64,000 nucleotides of DNA, from contig JBPOJN010000014.1 of the NCBI GenBank assembly GCA_052033505.1, positions 5,599-69,598 of the forward strand, read 5' to 3'. Source of the stretch: Myxococcota bacterium (lineage in GTDB: Bacteria > UBA10199 > JACPAL01 > GCA-016699445). A model generated the notes under the pieces. It ran no database searches and was not told the DNA's origin. It was given only the letters and a program-made list of their open reading frames with translations. A program made the position numbers and the translations under genes. Positions 11,181 through 19,798 of the stretch are shown here, piece after piece (position 1 is the first letter of the stretch; every line of letters starts with the position of its first letter).

Positions 11181-12803
11181 ATGACTCACATAAAATCCTT
11201 TTTTTTCGCGCTAACTGTGGTGGCAACCGTTTCCTTCTGGTCTCTTGAGGCCAAAACCGCCGAAATCGGTAATAACGATTTTCGCATCAGTGAAATGGGT
11301 CCCGACGGAGATATAAACTATTTCGCGCAATTGCCCGCCGTCGCTTATAACGACACGGATAACGAATATTTCGTGGTGTGGGCCGGAAGTGACGACGCGG
11401 GGGGCCTGCTTGCCAACGAAATCGAATTGTACGGCCAAAGGATCAATGCTGCGACCGGAGCGGTCTTAGGTGATCGCGTGCGTTTGACCCAAGTCGGCAC
11501 CGACGGCACCACCACACGGAGTGTTGTTGTCGGGCAAGGTTTTCGCCCTTCTGTCGCTTACAATAGCACCGACAACGAGTATCTCGTCCTCTGGGTCGCG
11601 GATGACGACGCCGCGGGCCTGGCGGATAACGAATTCGAAATCTTCGGACAACGCGTAGACGCGTCCACGGGACAACCCGTCGGTACCGACGATTTCCAGA
11701 TCAGCTCCATGGGTACGAACGGTAATACTGCTTTTTACGCCTACTTGCAGGATGTCGCCTACAACAGCATCGACGACGAATATCTGGTGGTTTGGGTCGG
11801 TCATTCGCCCACGACGGCGGTGAACGTAAACAACGATCTTTATGGGCAACGCATCGCGGGTGCGACGGGTGCTCTTCTGGGATCCAATCTCGCCTTGCGC
11901 GCCCCCGATACGGTCAATGAAGTTCCCGGCCATTCTCTAGACGTGGGCTTTCCCGCGGTTGCTTACAATCCGGCGGCCGGTGAATATTTGGTGGCCTTCA
12001 TGGGGGACGTCTTCGTCAACGATGACTCGGATATCTTCGCGCAGCGTGTGGACGGGGTGACCGGTATGCCGGTCGGCGTGGAATTCCGTGTCAGCGAGAT
12101 GGGCACGCAAGCGACGCCGGGCAATCCTTTCAGTGTGAATCTGCCGCGCGTGGCTTATAACGGCGACGCTGACGAATATCTGGTCGTATGGACCGGCGAC
12201 GATAGCGTGGATGAAAAAATTGAAGTCTACGGTCAACGTTTGACCGCCGCGACAGGAGCCGCGGTGGGTACTGACGATTTTCAGATCAGCTTCTCGGGCG
12301 ACCCGTCCGATACGGATTTTGGACCCAACTTATTCGCAGACGTGACTTACAATCCCAGAAACCGGGAATACTTGGTCGTATGGCAAGGTGATGTCGATGA
12401 GGGCGGCGGCCTCTTCGACAATGAATTTGAAGTTTTCGGCCAAAAGCTCGAATCCTCCGACGCTACGGCTATCGGCGACAGGATCCGCGTCAGCGACATG
12501 CAGGGGACCGGAAATACGAATGTCGACATCTTAGGTATCGCGTCGGCGTACAATGCGACGGATCAAAATTACCTGGTCGTCTGGAGCGGTGACGACGACG
12601 TCGCACCGTTGGTCGATGACGAGTTCGAGATTTTCGGGCAACTCCTCTCCGATCCCGAATGCGGCAACGGCGTCGTCGAAGGCAGCGAAGGATGTGACGA
12701 CGGTAATTTAACCGACGGTGACGGTTGTTCGGCCGCTTGCGTGGATGAACCGGGAGGCCCGGGGAGTTCAGGCGCTTCCGGCGGCTGTTCTTTAATGAGA
12801 TAA
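11181..12803 (+). CDS. secreted repeat protein: seven ~65-aa tandem repeats plus a Myxococcus-type cysteine-rich repeat and a C-terminal GGCSLMR
   Basis: Signal peptide MTHIKSFFFALTVVATVSFWSLEA. Seven repeats of the pattern YN(xTD)xEYLVVW..DD....L.DxEFEIFGQR....TG...G.D.FQIS.MG. C-terminus CGNGVVEGSEGCDDGNLTDGDGCSAAC matches the myxo cysteine-rich repeat pattern (TIGR02232-like), followed by GGCSLMR-stop. Confidence 0.7.
   Translation: MTHIKSFFFALTVVATVSFWSLEAKTAEIGNNDFRISEMGPDGDINYFAQLPAVAYNDTDNEYFVVWAGSDDAGGLLANEIELYGQRINAATGAVLGDRVRLTQVGTDGTTTRSVVVGQGFRPSVAYNSTDNEYLVLWVADDDAAGLADNEFEIFGQRVDASTGQPVGTDDFQISSMGTNGNTAFYAYLQDVAYNSIDDEYLVVWVGHSPTTAVNVNNDLYGQRIAGATGALLGSNLALRAPDTVNEVPGHSLDVGFPAVAYNPAAGEYLVAFMGDVFVNDDSDIFAQRVDGVTGMPVGVEFRVSEMGTQATPGNPFSVNLPRVAYNGDADEYLVVWTGDDSVDEKIEVYGQRLTAATGAAVGTDDFQISFSGDPSDTDFGPNLFADVTYNPRNREYLVVWQGDVDEGGGLFDNEFEVFGQKLESSDATAIGDRIRVSDMQGTGNTNVDILGIASAYNATDQNYLVVWSGDDDVAPLVDDEFEIFGQLLSDPECGNGVVEGSEGCDDGNLTDGDGCSAACVDEPGGPGSSGASGGCSLMR
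11330..12650 (+). repeat. seven in-frame tandem coding repeats (~195 nt each) inside CDS 11181-12803
   Basis: Repeated protein blocks starting YNDTDNEY, YNSTDNEY, YNSIDDEY, YNPAAGEY, YNGDADEY, YNPRNREY and YNATDQNY, each followed by EF(E/D)IFGQR about 25 aa later. Confidence 0.6.
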
Positions 12804-12815
12804 TCGGGAAGACAC

Positions 12816-13277
12816 ATGGAAATCGCGATCGCCTCCGACCATGGCGGCTTGGATTTGAAGCAACGAGTTTTAGATTTTTTGAAATCCCGGGATGTCGCCT
12901 ATCGCGATCTCGGCACGAGCACGGCGGAGTCCGTGGATTATCCCGACTATGCGGCCAAGGTCGCGAAGCTGGTCTCCGAAGGCCAGGTGTCCGCTGGGAT
13001 ATTACTTTGCGGAACCGGCGTCGGCATGTGTATCGCCGCGAATAAGTTCAAGGGCGTGCGCGCGGCTGTCGTCAGCGAGTCGTATTCTGCCCGCATGGCA
13101 AAAGAACACAACAACGCCAATATCCTCTGCTTAGGCGCGCGCGTGTTGACGAAAGAAGGCGCGGAAAAAGTCGAAACGATTTTGGCGGCTTGGCTAGACG
13201 CTTCCTATGCGGGCGACCGCCACACGCGCCGGTTGGATAAGATCCACGAAATCGAAAATAAGAATTTCAAAGCCTAA
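12816..13277 (+). CDS. rpiB: ribose-5-phosphate isomerase B (RpiB/LacAB family)
   Basis: MEIAIASDHGGLDLKQ...LLCGTGVGMCIAANKFKGVRAA...NILCLGARV are conserved RpiB motifs. Length is 153 aa. Confidence 0.85.
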   Translation: MEIAIASDHGGLDLKQRVLDFLKSRDVAYRDLGTSTAESVDYPDYAAKVAKLVSEGQVSAGILLCGTGVGMCIAANKFKGVRAAVVSESYSARMAKEHNNANILCLGARVLTKEGAEKVETILAAWLDASYAGDRHTRRLDKIHEIENKNFKA

Positions 13278-13280
13278 AGC

Positions 13281-14267
13281 TCACAACCATTTTTTCCGGC
13301 GGAAATAATACAAAAGTCCGCCGCCGACCGCCGCCATCAATCCGTAAGCGAGATAGTGTCCGTAAGGCCAATTGATCTCGGGCATGTATTTGAAATTCAT
13401 TCCGTAAATCCCCGTGATCACCGTCATCGGCAGCATCACGCACGACAGCATCGTCAGTACCTTCATCACGTCGCCGGCCTTATTCGAGGACGTCAGCAAA
13501 TGCGCTTCGACCAGGCCCGAAACCGCATCGCGGTGCGACTCCACCCGGTCGGTGATGCGCAGCATGTGGTCGTGCACGTTGGCAAGATAGGGGAGCGAAA
13601 AAGGCAACATCTCGTCATAGCCCGACTTTACGAGCTGGATGACGATGGCGAGCTGCTGGGCGACCATGCCTTTCAGCCGGATCAGGTTCCGGCGCAGCCC
13701 GAAAACTTCGGTCAGAAACCGCTCGTCGTGTTCTTTCAAGACGTCGTCTTCCATCTCGATGATCTTGCGTTCGAACTGGTCCAAGACCGGCGTGTAGAGG
13801 TTCGCGGCTTCGTCCAGAATTTTAGCGAGCAAAAAATCCGCGCCTCGGAAATAGTTTTTGGGGCTGATTTTCGAGCGTTCTTTGACAGTCTCGATGCTGC
13901 GTAAATGGGGCTTGTGATAGGTCACTAGGTAATGAGGCCCCAGGAAGAGGTCCAATTCGGCGCCTTTGAATTCCTTTTCGGAACTCTGAGGGAGGATTTC
14001 GTGCGTGATCAAAAAAAGATATTCGCCGTAATCCTCGACCTTCGGGTGATGCCGGGGCGAAAGGCAGTCGTCGATCGTGAGCGGGTGAAAATTAAAAACC
14101 GTATCCAGAAGCTCCGTTTCGGGAGGGGTGGGCTTTTCGATGTCGACCCACGTCACGCGGGAGCGGTCGGCGATGAGAGCTCGGAGATCGACCGGATCTC
14201 TTCGTTCTTCCAGTCCGGTTCTCTCATTATAAGTGAAGATCGTCAGCACGGGCCGCTTTTCTACCAA
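13281..14267 (-). CDS. corA: magnesium/cobalt transporter CorA
   Basis: C-terminal YGMNFKYMPE (the GMN signature), two C-terminal TM helices and a basic tail RRKKWL. 328 aa. Confidence 0.9.
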   Translation of the reverse strand: MVEKRPVLTIFTYNERTGLEERRDPVDLRALIADRSRVTWVDIEKPTPPETELLDTVFNFHPLTIDDCLSPRHHPKVEDYGEYLFLITHEILPQSSEKEFKGAELDLFLGPHYLVTYHKPHLRSIETVKERSKISPKNYFRGADFLLAKILDEAANLYTPVLDQFERKIIEMEDDVLKEHDERFLTEVFGLRRNLIRLKGMVAQQLAIVIQLVKSGYDEMLPFSLPYLANVHDHMLRITDRVESHRDAVSGLVEAHLLTSSNKAGDVMKVLTMLSCVMLPMTVITGIYGMNFKYMPEINWPYGHYLAYGLMAAVGGGLLYYFRRKKWL

Positions 14268-14412
14268 AGGCCGCGTACAAGGGCCACGAAAGAGTGGGTA
14301 AGCTAAACTTTCCTCGTATTCGCGAGAATACTCTATGTTATTTTCTATTGAAAACGGTGTTGCATGCCCTTGCGGAGTGTGACACCAAGCATGTTAAGAT
14401 TAGGAGAGGCTC

Positions 14413-16518
14413 ATGGAAATTTCTAGTTCAAAATTTATTTACTCCACGGCTTTCGCTGCTTTGGTGTTGTTTTCAATCTCTGCCGATGCCGCAACCGTGA
14501 CGAGTAACGCCGGAGACTGTGCGGCGGGTACTCTCCGCCAACTCGTTCACGATGCCGTCGACGGAGATGTCATTACCATTCCTGCGGGGATGACCGTCAC
14601 ATTGTCCAATGACAATTGTGCCGGTAATGACGGGGATAAAGACATCGACGTCGCCGCCGATATTACGATTCAGGGAGAAGATCGTTTAACAAGCATCGTC
14701 GATGCAGACGGAGACACATCCGTTTCTCGAGCTTTTCATATCGCCATTAACACCGATGTCGAGATCTCCCATCTGACCATCAAAGATGGTGTTGTTCTCT
14801 CAGGTGGAGGTGGCGCCATTCTTTTGTCTACAGGCGCCTCGCTTTTGATCAACGATGCTCTCATTACCAACAATGAGGCTGCATCGGCATTCTTCGAACA
14901 ACTAGGAGGGGCCATATTCACCGTCAGAGACTCCACTCTCATCATTGAAAATAGCGACCTAACTCTAAACTCGGCATACCGAGGTGGGGCTATTTACAGC
15001 AGTGGAAATGTCCTCATCCGGAACAGCAACCTCGAACAAAATTTTGTCTCCTCGACAACCGCCTCCTCCGGGGGTGCCATTTACAACTTGGGTGAGCTCA
15101 ACCTTGTCGACACGGCTGTCGTCTCTAACGAGTCATCAGGATCAGGAGGAGCCATCCGCTGCTCATCAGATGCAATGACGACCATCACCGGCACTGTAGG
15201 AAGCTCTCTCTGTAGTGTCAGTGGCAATCAAGCGAATGGTGGAGCGGGTGGTGCCATCCATGTCTCGGGCTCGATCATAATCGAAAACTGTCTCTTGGAA
15301 AATAATACCACCACCAGCACATCCAATCCCTCGAATGGAGGAGCCATCCACACCAGCAGTTCATTATCGTCAGTTTTCATCCGAGAAAGCCTGATCCAAA
15401 ATAATAGCTCTACCTACCAGGGAGGCGGAATTTACAGCGCTGGAAGCCTGATAGTCTCCGATAGTACTTTATCCGGAAATACCTCCGATTCCGATAATAG
15501 CGGCAACGGACTCGGAGGAGGCATCTACAGCGAAGATCTCGTCCTCACGAACTCTCTTATCACCGGCAATACGAACAACAGCGGTCAAGGCGGCGGAATT
15601 TATTTAAACAATGGATTGATTATGTCGAACAGCATCGTCTCTGAAAATACAGCGAACGACGGCGATGCAGGAGGCATCTTGGCCAATGGCACTTCTAGCA
15701 TTCGCAATAGCACGATTTCGGGAAATCGGGCCCTGGGGGACACAGGCACTCGCGATCACGATGGAGGAGGCCTCTACATCGCCGGCGCCTTGACACTCAG
15801 CAACAGCACGATTTCCGGAAACTCCTCGTCAGGTCATGGTGGTGGTATCTATGCATATGACAGTGTACCTCTGTTCATCAACAATACGACCATCGCCAGT
15901 AACCAAGCGAATTCTGATAGCGGCGGCCTGACGGCAGGCCAGGGTGGAGGGCTCTATGTCGACGTCTCCCAAGTCGTGATCGGCAATAGTATTATCGCGG
16001 ACAATGCCGATTCTGGTGTAGCCCCCGATTGTTTCTTCGATGCGACTGGCAACGGACACTTGACCATCGCCGGACCGACTTTGATCGAAACAGTCAATGA
16101 CGCTTGCGATCTTGCCGGAACAACAGCCCTTGTTCTGACAAGCGACCCTCTTTTCGCAACTGCAGGACTCGCCGACAATAACGGCCCTAGCGTGGGATAC
16201 CCATCAGCCACAACGACTTTGCAGACGATCAGTCTCCAGGACGCAAGCCCTGCCCTCAATGCGGGAGATACTTCCACCTGCCAAACAACAGATGCTCGAG
16301 GAATCCTACGTCCTCAAGGTTCTGCTTGCGAACTAGGATCTCTCGAAATTTTGGTCGATGCTGATGGAGATGGCGTGGGGGATGTTCAAGATAATTGCCC
16401 GGACGTTTCCAATCCGGATCAGGCGGATGCGGATAGCGATGGAATCGGCGATGCATGCGAATCCGACTCCACAAACGGCGGTGGATCGGGCGGCGGTTGT
16501 AGCCTCATCGCAGGTTAA
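14413..16518 (+). CDS. secreted right-handed beta-helix protein with PMP-like repeats, a C-terminal TSP3 repeat and GGGCSLIAG terminus
   Basis: Signal peptide. GGAIY/GGGIY plus N-rich turns recur over 15 times (motifs like the chlamydial polymorphic membrane protein GGA[ILV] and FxxN). C-terminus DADGDGVGDVQDNCPDVSNPDQADADSDGIGDACE is a thrombospondin type-3 calcium-binding repeat, then GGGCSLIAG-stop. Confidence 0.7.
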   Translation: MEISSSKFIYSTAFAALVLFSISADAATVTSNAGDCAAGTLRQLVHDAVDGDVITIPAGMTVTLSNDNCAGNDGDKDIDVAADITIQGEDRLTSIVDADGDTSVSRAFHIAINTDVEISHLTIKDGVVLSGGGGAILLSTGASLLINDALITNNEAASAFFEQLGGAIFTVRDSTLIIENSDLTLNSAYRGGAIYSSGNVLIRNSNLEQNFVSSTTASSGGAIYNLGELNLVDTAVVSNESSGSGGAIRCSSDAMTTITGTVGSSLCSVSGNQANGGAGGAIHVSGSIIIENCLLENNTTTSTSNPSNGGAIHTSSSLSSVFIRESLIQNNSSTYQGGGIYSAGSLIVSDSTLSGNTSDSDNSGNGLGGGIYSEDLVLTNSLITGNTNNSGQGGGIYLNNGLIMSNSIVSENTANDGDAGGILANGTSSIRNSTISGNRALGDTGTRDHDGGGLYIAGALTLSNSTISGNSSSGHGGGIYAYDSVPLFINNTTIASNQANSDSGGLTAGQGGGLYVDVSQVVIGNSIIADNADSGVAPDCFFDATGNGHLTIAGPTLIETVNDACDLAGTTALVLTSDPLFATAGLADNNGPSVGYPSATTTLQTISLQDASPALNAGDTSTCQTTDARGILRPQGSACELGSLEILVDADGDGVGDVQDNCPDVSNPDQADADSDGIGDACESDSTNGGGSGGGCSLIAG

Positions 16519-16545
16519 TGAACTCTAAAAATTTAGGAGAACCCT

Positions 16546-18594
16546 ATGACATTTTTTAAACGACTCACACTCCTGGCCTTCTTCGCATCGATCTTGCCTC
16601 TCGCAACACAGGCCGCGACGATCACGGTCAATACGACCGAAGATGAGATCAATACCGACGGAGACTGTTCCCTCCGAGAGGCTATCGTCTCATCCAATAG
16701 CGATACAGCGACGGACGCCTGCACCGCAGGCAGTGGGGTAGATACGATTGTAATTCCAGCGGGAACTTATACCTTAAGCCTCACCGGATCCGGAGAAGAT
16801 CTCTCAGTCACAGGAGATTTAGATATCTTGCAAGACGTTACACTTTCTGGAGCAGGGGCCAGCGCCACCATCATCAATGGCAACGGGACCGTCACACAGG
16901 ATCGCGTGTTTCACATCGATCCTGCCTTAAGTACCATCGGCATCTCGGTCACCATCTCCGGACTCACCATTCGCGGCGGTAGAACCACATCAGCCGGCGG
17001 TGGAATTTTGATTTCCGGGGAAGGCTCTTTAAGACTCTCCCTATCTCACGTGGAAGATAATGTAGGGGGCGGAAGCGGAGGCGGAGGTATCGCACTCCCT
17101 GAGAGTAGCGGTGGCTCCCTCATCCTCTCCGGCTCTACGATCAGTGGCAATGAAAGTGATACTCACGGCGGTGGTATCTATACTTTCGAGGCATCCGTCT
17201 TAATCACCGATGGAAGTGTCATCTCAGGTAACACGGCCCTTCATGCTGGTGGTGGCATCAGCACCGGTGATAATTCCTCGATCCTAGAAATCATCGAAAG
17301 TCAGGTATCGGACAATACATCTTTTGCAGGCGGCGGCGTTTTTAGCTTGGGCATGACTCGCATCACCGACTCCACTGTCAGCGGCAACAGTGCTTCTGGC
17401 AACGGCGGCGGCCTGCATCTCTCCGATTCTGAGATCCTCGGCACGACGATTCAAGATAACGACGCTATCAACGAAAGTAACGGCGGCGGACTCTATACGG
17501 ATGGATCCTTCACCAAGATCTCCAACTCTTCTATCTCAAATAACCGCTCCGACGGAGCTGGCGGAGGACTCTATTTCGGGGCAGATATCGGCGTCATCGA
17601 AGATAGTCACATCACGGATAACCTCTCTAATTCGAACAATGATGACAACGCTGACGGTCCCGGAGGCGGTATTTACAGCCAAGCAAATTCTCTAACCATC
17701 CTTCGCAGTCACATCACCGGCAACACCTCAAATCGCTACTGGGCAGGTGGTATCGGCTTCGAATCAGGCAGTGGGTCATCGCTCCTCATAGAGGATTCGA
17801 CGATTTCAGATAATACCTCGACGGATAGTTATGGTGGCGGCCTTGTTCTAGACACCTATTCTTGCATCATTCGCTCCAGCACGATTTCGGGAAATAGCGC
17901 TCTGGGGGACACTCAGAATTCTGGCACTACCGACAGCGAAGGTGGTGGCATGTATATCAATGGTGGCTCACACTGCGTCATCGAAAATACAACGATCGCT
18001 AACAACATCGCTGATGGCGGTGGTGGCGGCATCGCTAACTTTGCTGAGCTACAACTCAATCATGTCACCATCACCGGAAACACTGCCGATCATGGTGTTG
18101 GCGGTGCCTCGAATGACACAGGTGGTGGAATCTATCACTCCGGAGTTAGCGGTTTGCTCGTACTCAATTCTATCATTAGTGGAAACAGTGATGCAGGATC
18201 GAGTGGTAACGAGTACGCCGATTGTTTCACCAACAGCTCTGCTTATCTCGTCTCTTCTGGCCCGAATATTATCCAAGATACGACAGGATGTACGATTCAT
18301 GGAGACACCCCCATCTCGGCAGATCCTCTGTTCGACACCGCTGGCCTTATCGACAATGGTGGTTTGACACTGACAATTTCTCTTCAGAGTGGAAGCCCTG
18401 CGATCGATGCAGGTGGCTCTACGACATGCTTACCCACCGATCAGCGCGGTGCTTCAAGGCCCGTCGATGGAAATAGCGATAGCACCGCCCAGTGCGATCT
18501 CGGCGCCGTTGAGCTTTCGTCTACAGTCCCGACGCTCGCGACCGAAACTCTTGGCCAGAATCAGGCCTCTGGTGGTTGTAGTTTAGTACGATAA
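16546..18594 (+). CDS. secreted beta-helix protein with PMP-like repeats (paralog of the upstream gene), terminus GGCSLVR
   Basis: Signal peptide MTFFKRLTLLAFFASILPLATQAA. Repeated GGGIY/GGGLY motifs throughout. Ends ...GQNQASGGCSLVR-stop. An AGGAGA RBS lies 28 bp after the stop of the upstream paralog. Confidence 0.7.
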   Translation: MTFFKRLTLLAFFASILPLATQAATITVNTTEDEINTDGDCSLREAIVSSNSDTATDACTAGSGVDTIVIPAGTYTLSLTGSGEDLSVTGDLDILQDVTLSGAGASATIINGNGTVTQDRVFHIDPALSTIGISVTISGLTIRGGRTTSAGGGILISGEGSLRLSLSHVEDNVGGGSGGGGIALPESSGGSLILSGSTISGNESDTHGGGIYTFEASVLITDGSVISGNTALHAGGGISTGDNSSILEIIESQVSDNTSFAGGGVFSLGMTRITDSTVSGNSASGNGGGLHLSDSEILGTTIQDNDAINESNGGGLYTDGSFTKISNSSISNNRSDGAGGGLYFGADIGVIEDSHITDNLSNSNNDDNADGPGGGIYSQANSLTILRSHITGNTSNRYWAGGIGFESGSGSSLLIEDSTISDNTSTDSYGGGLVLDTYSCIIRSSTISGNSALGDTQNSGTTDSEGGGMYINGGSHCVIENTTIANNIADGGGGGIANFAELQLNHVTITGNTADHGVGGASNDTGGGIYHSGVSGLLVLNSIISGNSDAGSSGNEYADCFTNSSAYLVSSGPNIIQDTTGCTIHGDTPISADPLFDTAGLIDNGGLTLTISLQSGSPAIDAGGSTTCLPTDQRGASRPVDGNSDSTAQCDLGAVELSSTVPTLATETLGQNQASGGCSLVR

Positions 18595-19391
18595 GCTTTT
18601 TGGAGAAGGCCGGTGACGATACGCGCGTTGCCGGCCTTTTTTCTTTCGATCCATCCTACCGGCATGATGTCTTTGAGCGAGCTCGTGATAAAAATTTCGT
18701 CGGCATGATTCAGGGCCGCAGCACACAAGCTTTTCTCTACCACCGGTATTTTCAAGCTTTTGGCAAGTTCCATCACGAAACGTCTTCGTGTCCCGGGAAG
18801 CAATCCATCGCTGATGGGAGGCGTGATCAACACACCTTTTGTCACGATGAAAAGATTACTCGAAGCGCCTTCGGTCACATACCCCGATTCATTCACCATC
18901 AAGGCTTCATCCATGTTGCGTCGAGCGGCTTCTCGTCGTGGGATCATTTTGCTTAAATAGCTCGTCGTTTTGATCCGAGAGAGGGTCTTCGAATCCGCCG
19001 AAAAACTTTTGGAGTACATCACTCGCGCACCCTGTGTGTAACACCGCTCCGGATAAGACTGAAAAGGGTTGGCCGTCATGACCAATCGCGATTTGCTCAC
19101 CTCAGCTTCGGAAAGCATCACACGAACTTGAGAGTCTCTAAGTCGATTTTTTCTTAAGAGAGCATGGATCCATTTTTTAAAATCATGAAGAGACACCGGA
19201 ACCTTCAGGCCTATGAGATTGGCATTATCCTGGAGCCTTCGAAAATGTCTCTGAAGAAGCAAAACACGACCCGCCATCACTCTCATGGTCTCAAAAAGGC
19301 CAATCCCATAAAGATAAGACGAGTCCGTCACTGGCAAAACGGCACGCGACTGCGGGACTATCTTTCCATCGATCCCTATGAAATGACCCAT
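18561..19391 (-). CDS. pabC: class IV aminotransferase, probably aminodeoxychorismate lyase
   Basis: Fold-type IV motifs: ...GIDGKIVP...AVLPVTDSSYLYGIGLFET and ESGYVTEGASSNLFIV. It lies downstream of pabB on the same strand. Start chosen at MGHFIG (19391); the ORF track extends to 19484. Confidence 0.65.
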   Translation of the reverse strand: MGHFIGIDGKIVPQSRAVLPVTDSSYLYGIGLFETMRVMAGRVLLLQRHFRRLQDNANLIGLKVPVSLHDFKKWIHALLRKNRLRDSQVRVMLSEAEVSKSRLVMTANPFQSYPERCYTQGARVMYSKSFSADSKTLSRIKTTSYLSKMIPRREAARRNMDEALMVNESGYVTEGASSNLFIVTKGVLITPPISDGLLPGTRRRFVMELAKSLKIPVVEKSLCAAALNHADEIFITSSLKDIMPVGWIERKKAGNARIVTGLLQKAYRTKLQPPEA

Positions 19392-19461
19392 GTTTTTGAT
19401 CCTGCCTGTTTTCCGAGCCAAAAACACGCATCTTTTGCGTCCCGCGGCCGATAACTCCCAC

Positions 19462-19791
19462 ATGATAGACATCATCATCCTCATGGTCGGCCTGGCCGCT
19501 TTAAGCCTCGGTATGGGCTATATCTTCAAGCCCCGTAAAGTCGGCAAGGCTGTTTCTTATATGCGCAAGAAACTGGAGCGCATGGAGCGCCGCCTGTCGC
19601 GTTCGCCGCGTTCGTACAAACGCACCGGATGGTCTTTTGCAGGCTTGGGTTTTATTTTGGTGTTCACCTATCTTCAGCCTATTTGGATCTACAACGCCAT
19701 CGTGCTCTTCCGCATGTCGATGGGCGTGATTTTTCCGCACATGTTTCAACAGGTCACGACCGTGCAGACCACGCCCGTCCTCTGTATTTGA
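19462..19791 (+). CDS. small two-TM membrane protein, hypothetical
   Basis: MIDIIILMVGLAALSLGMGYIF ... (basic loop) ... WSFAGLGFILVFTYLQPIWIYNAIVLF. GC-rich third codon positions. It occupies the 400-bp gap between pabB and pabC on the opposite strand. Confidence 0.35.
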   Translation: MIDIIILMVGLAALSLGMGYIFKPRKVGKAVSYMRKKLERMERRLSRSPRSYKRTGWSFAGLGFILVFTYLQPIWIYNAIVLFRMSMGVIFPHMFQQVTTVQTTPVLCI

Positions 19792-19798
19792 TTTTCGT

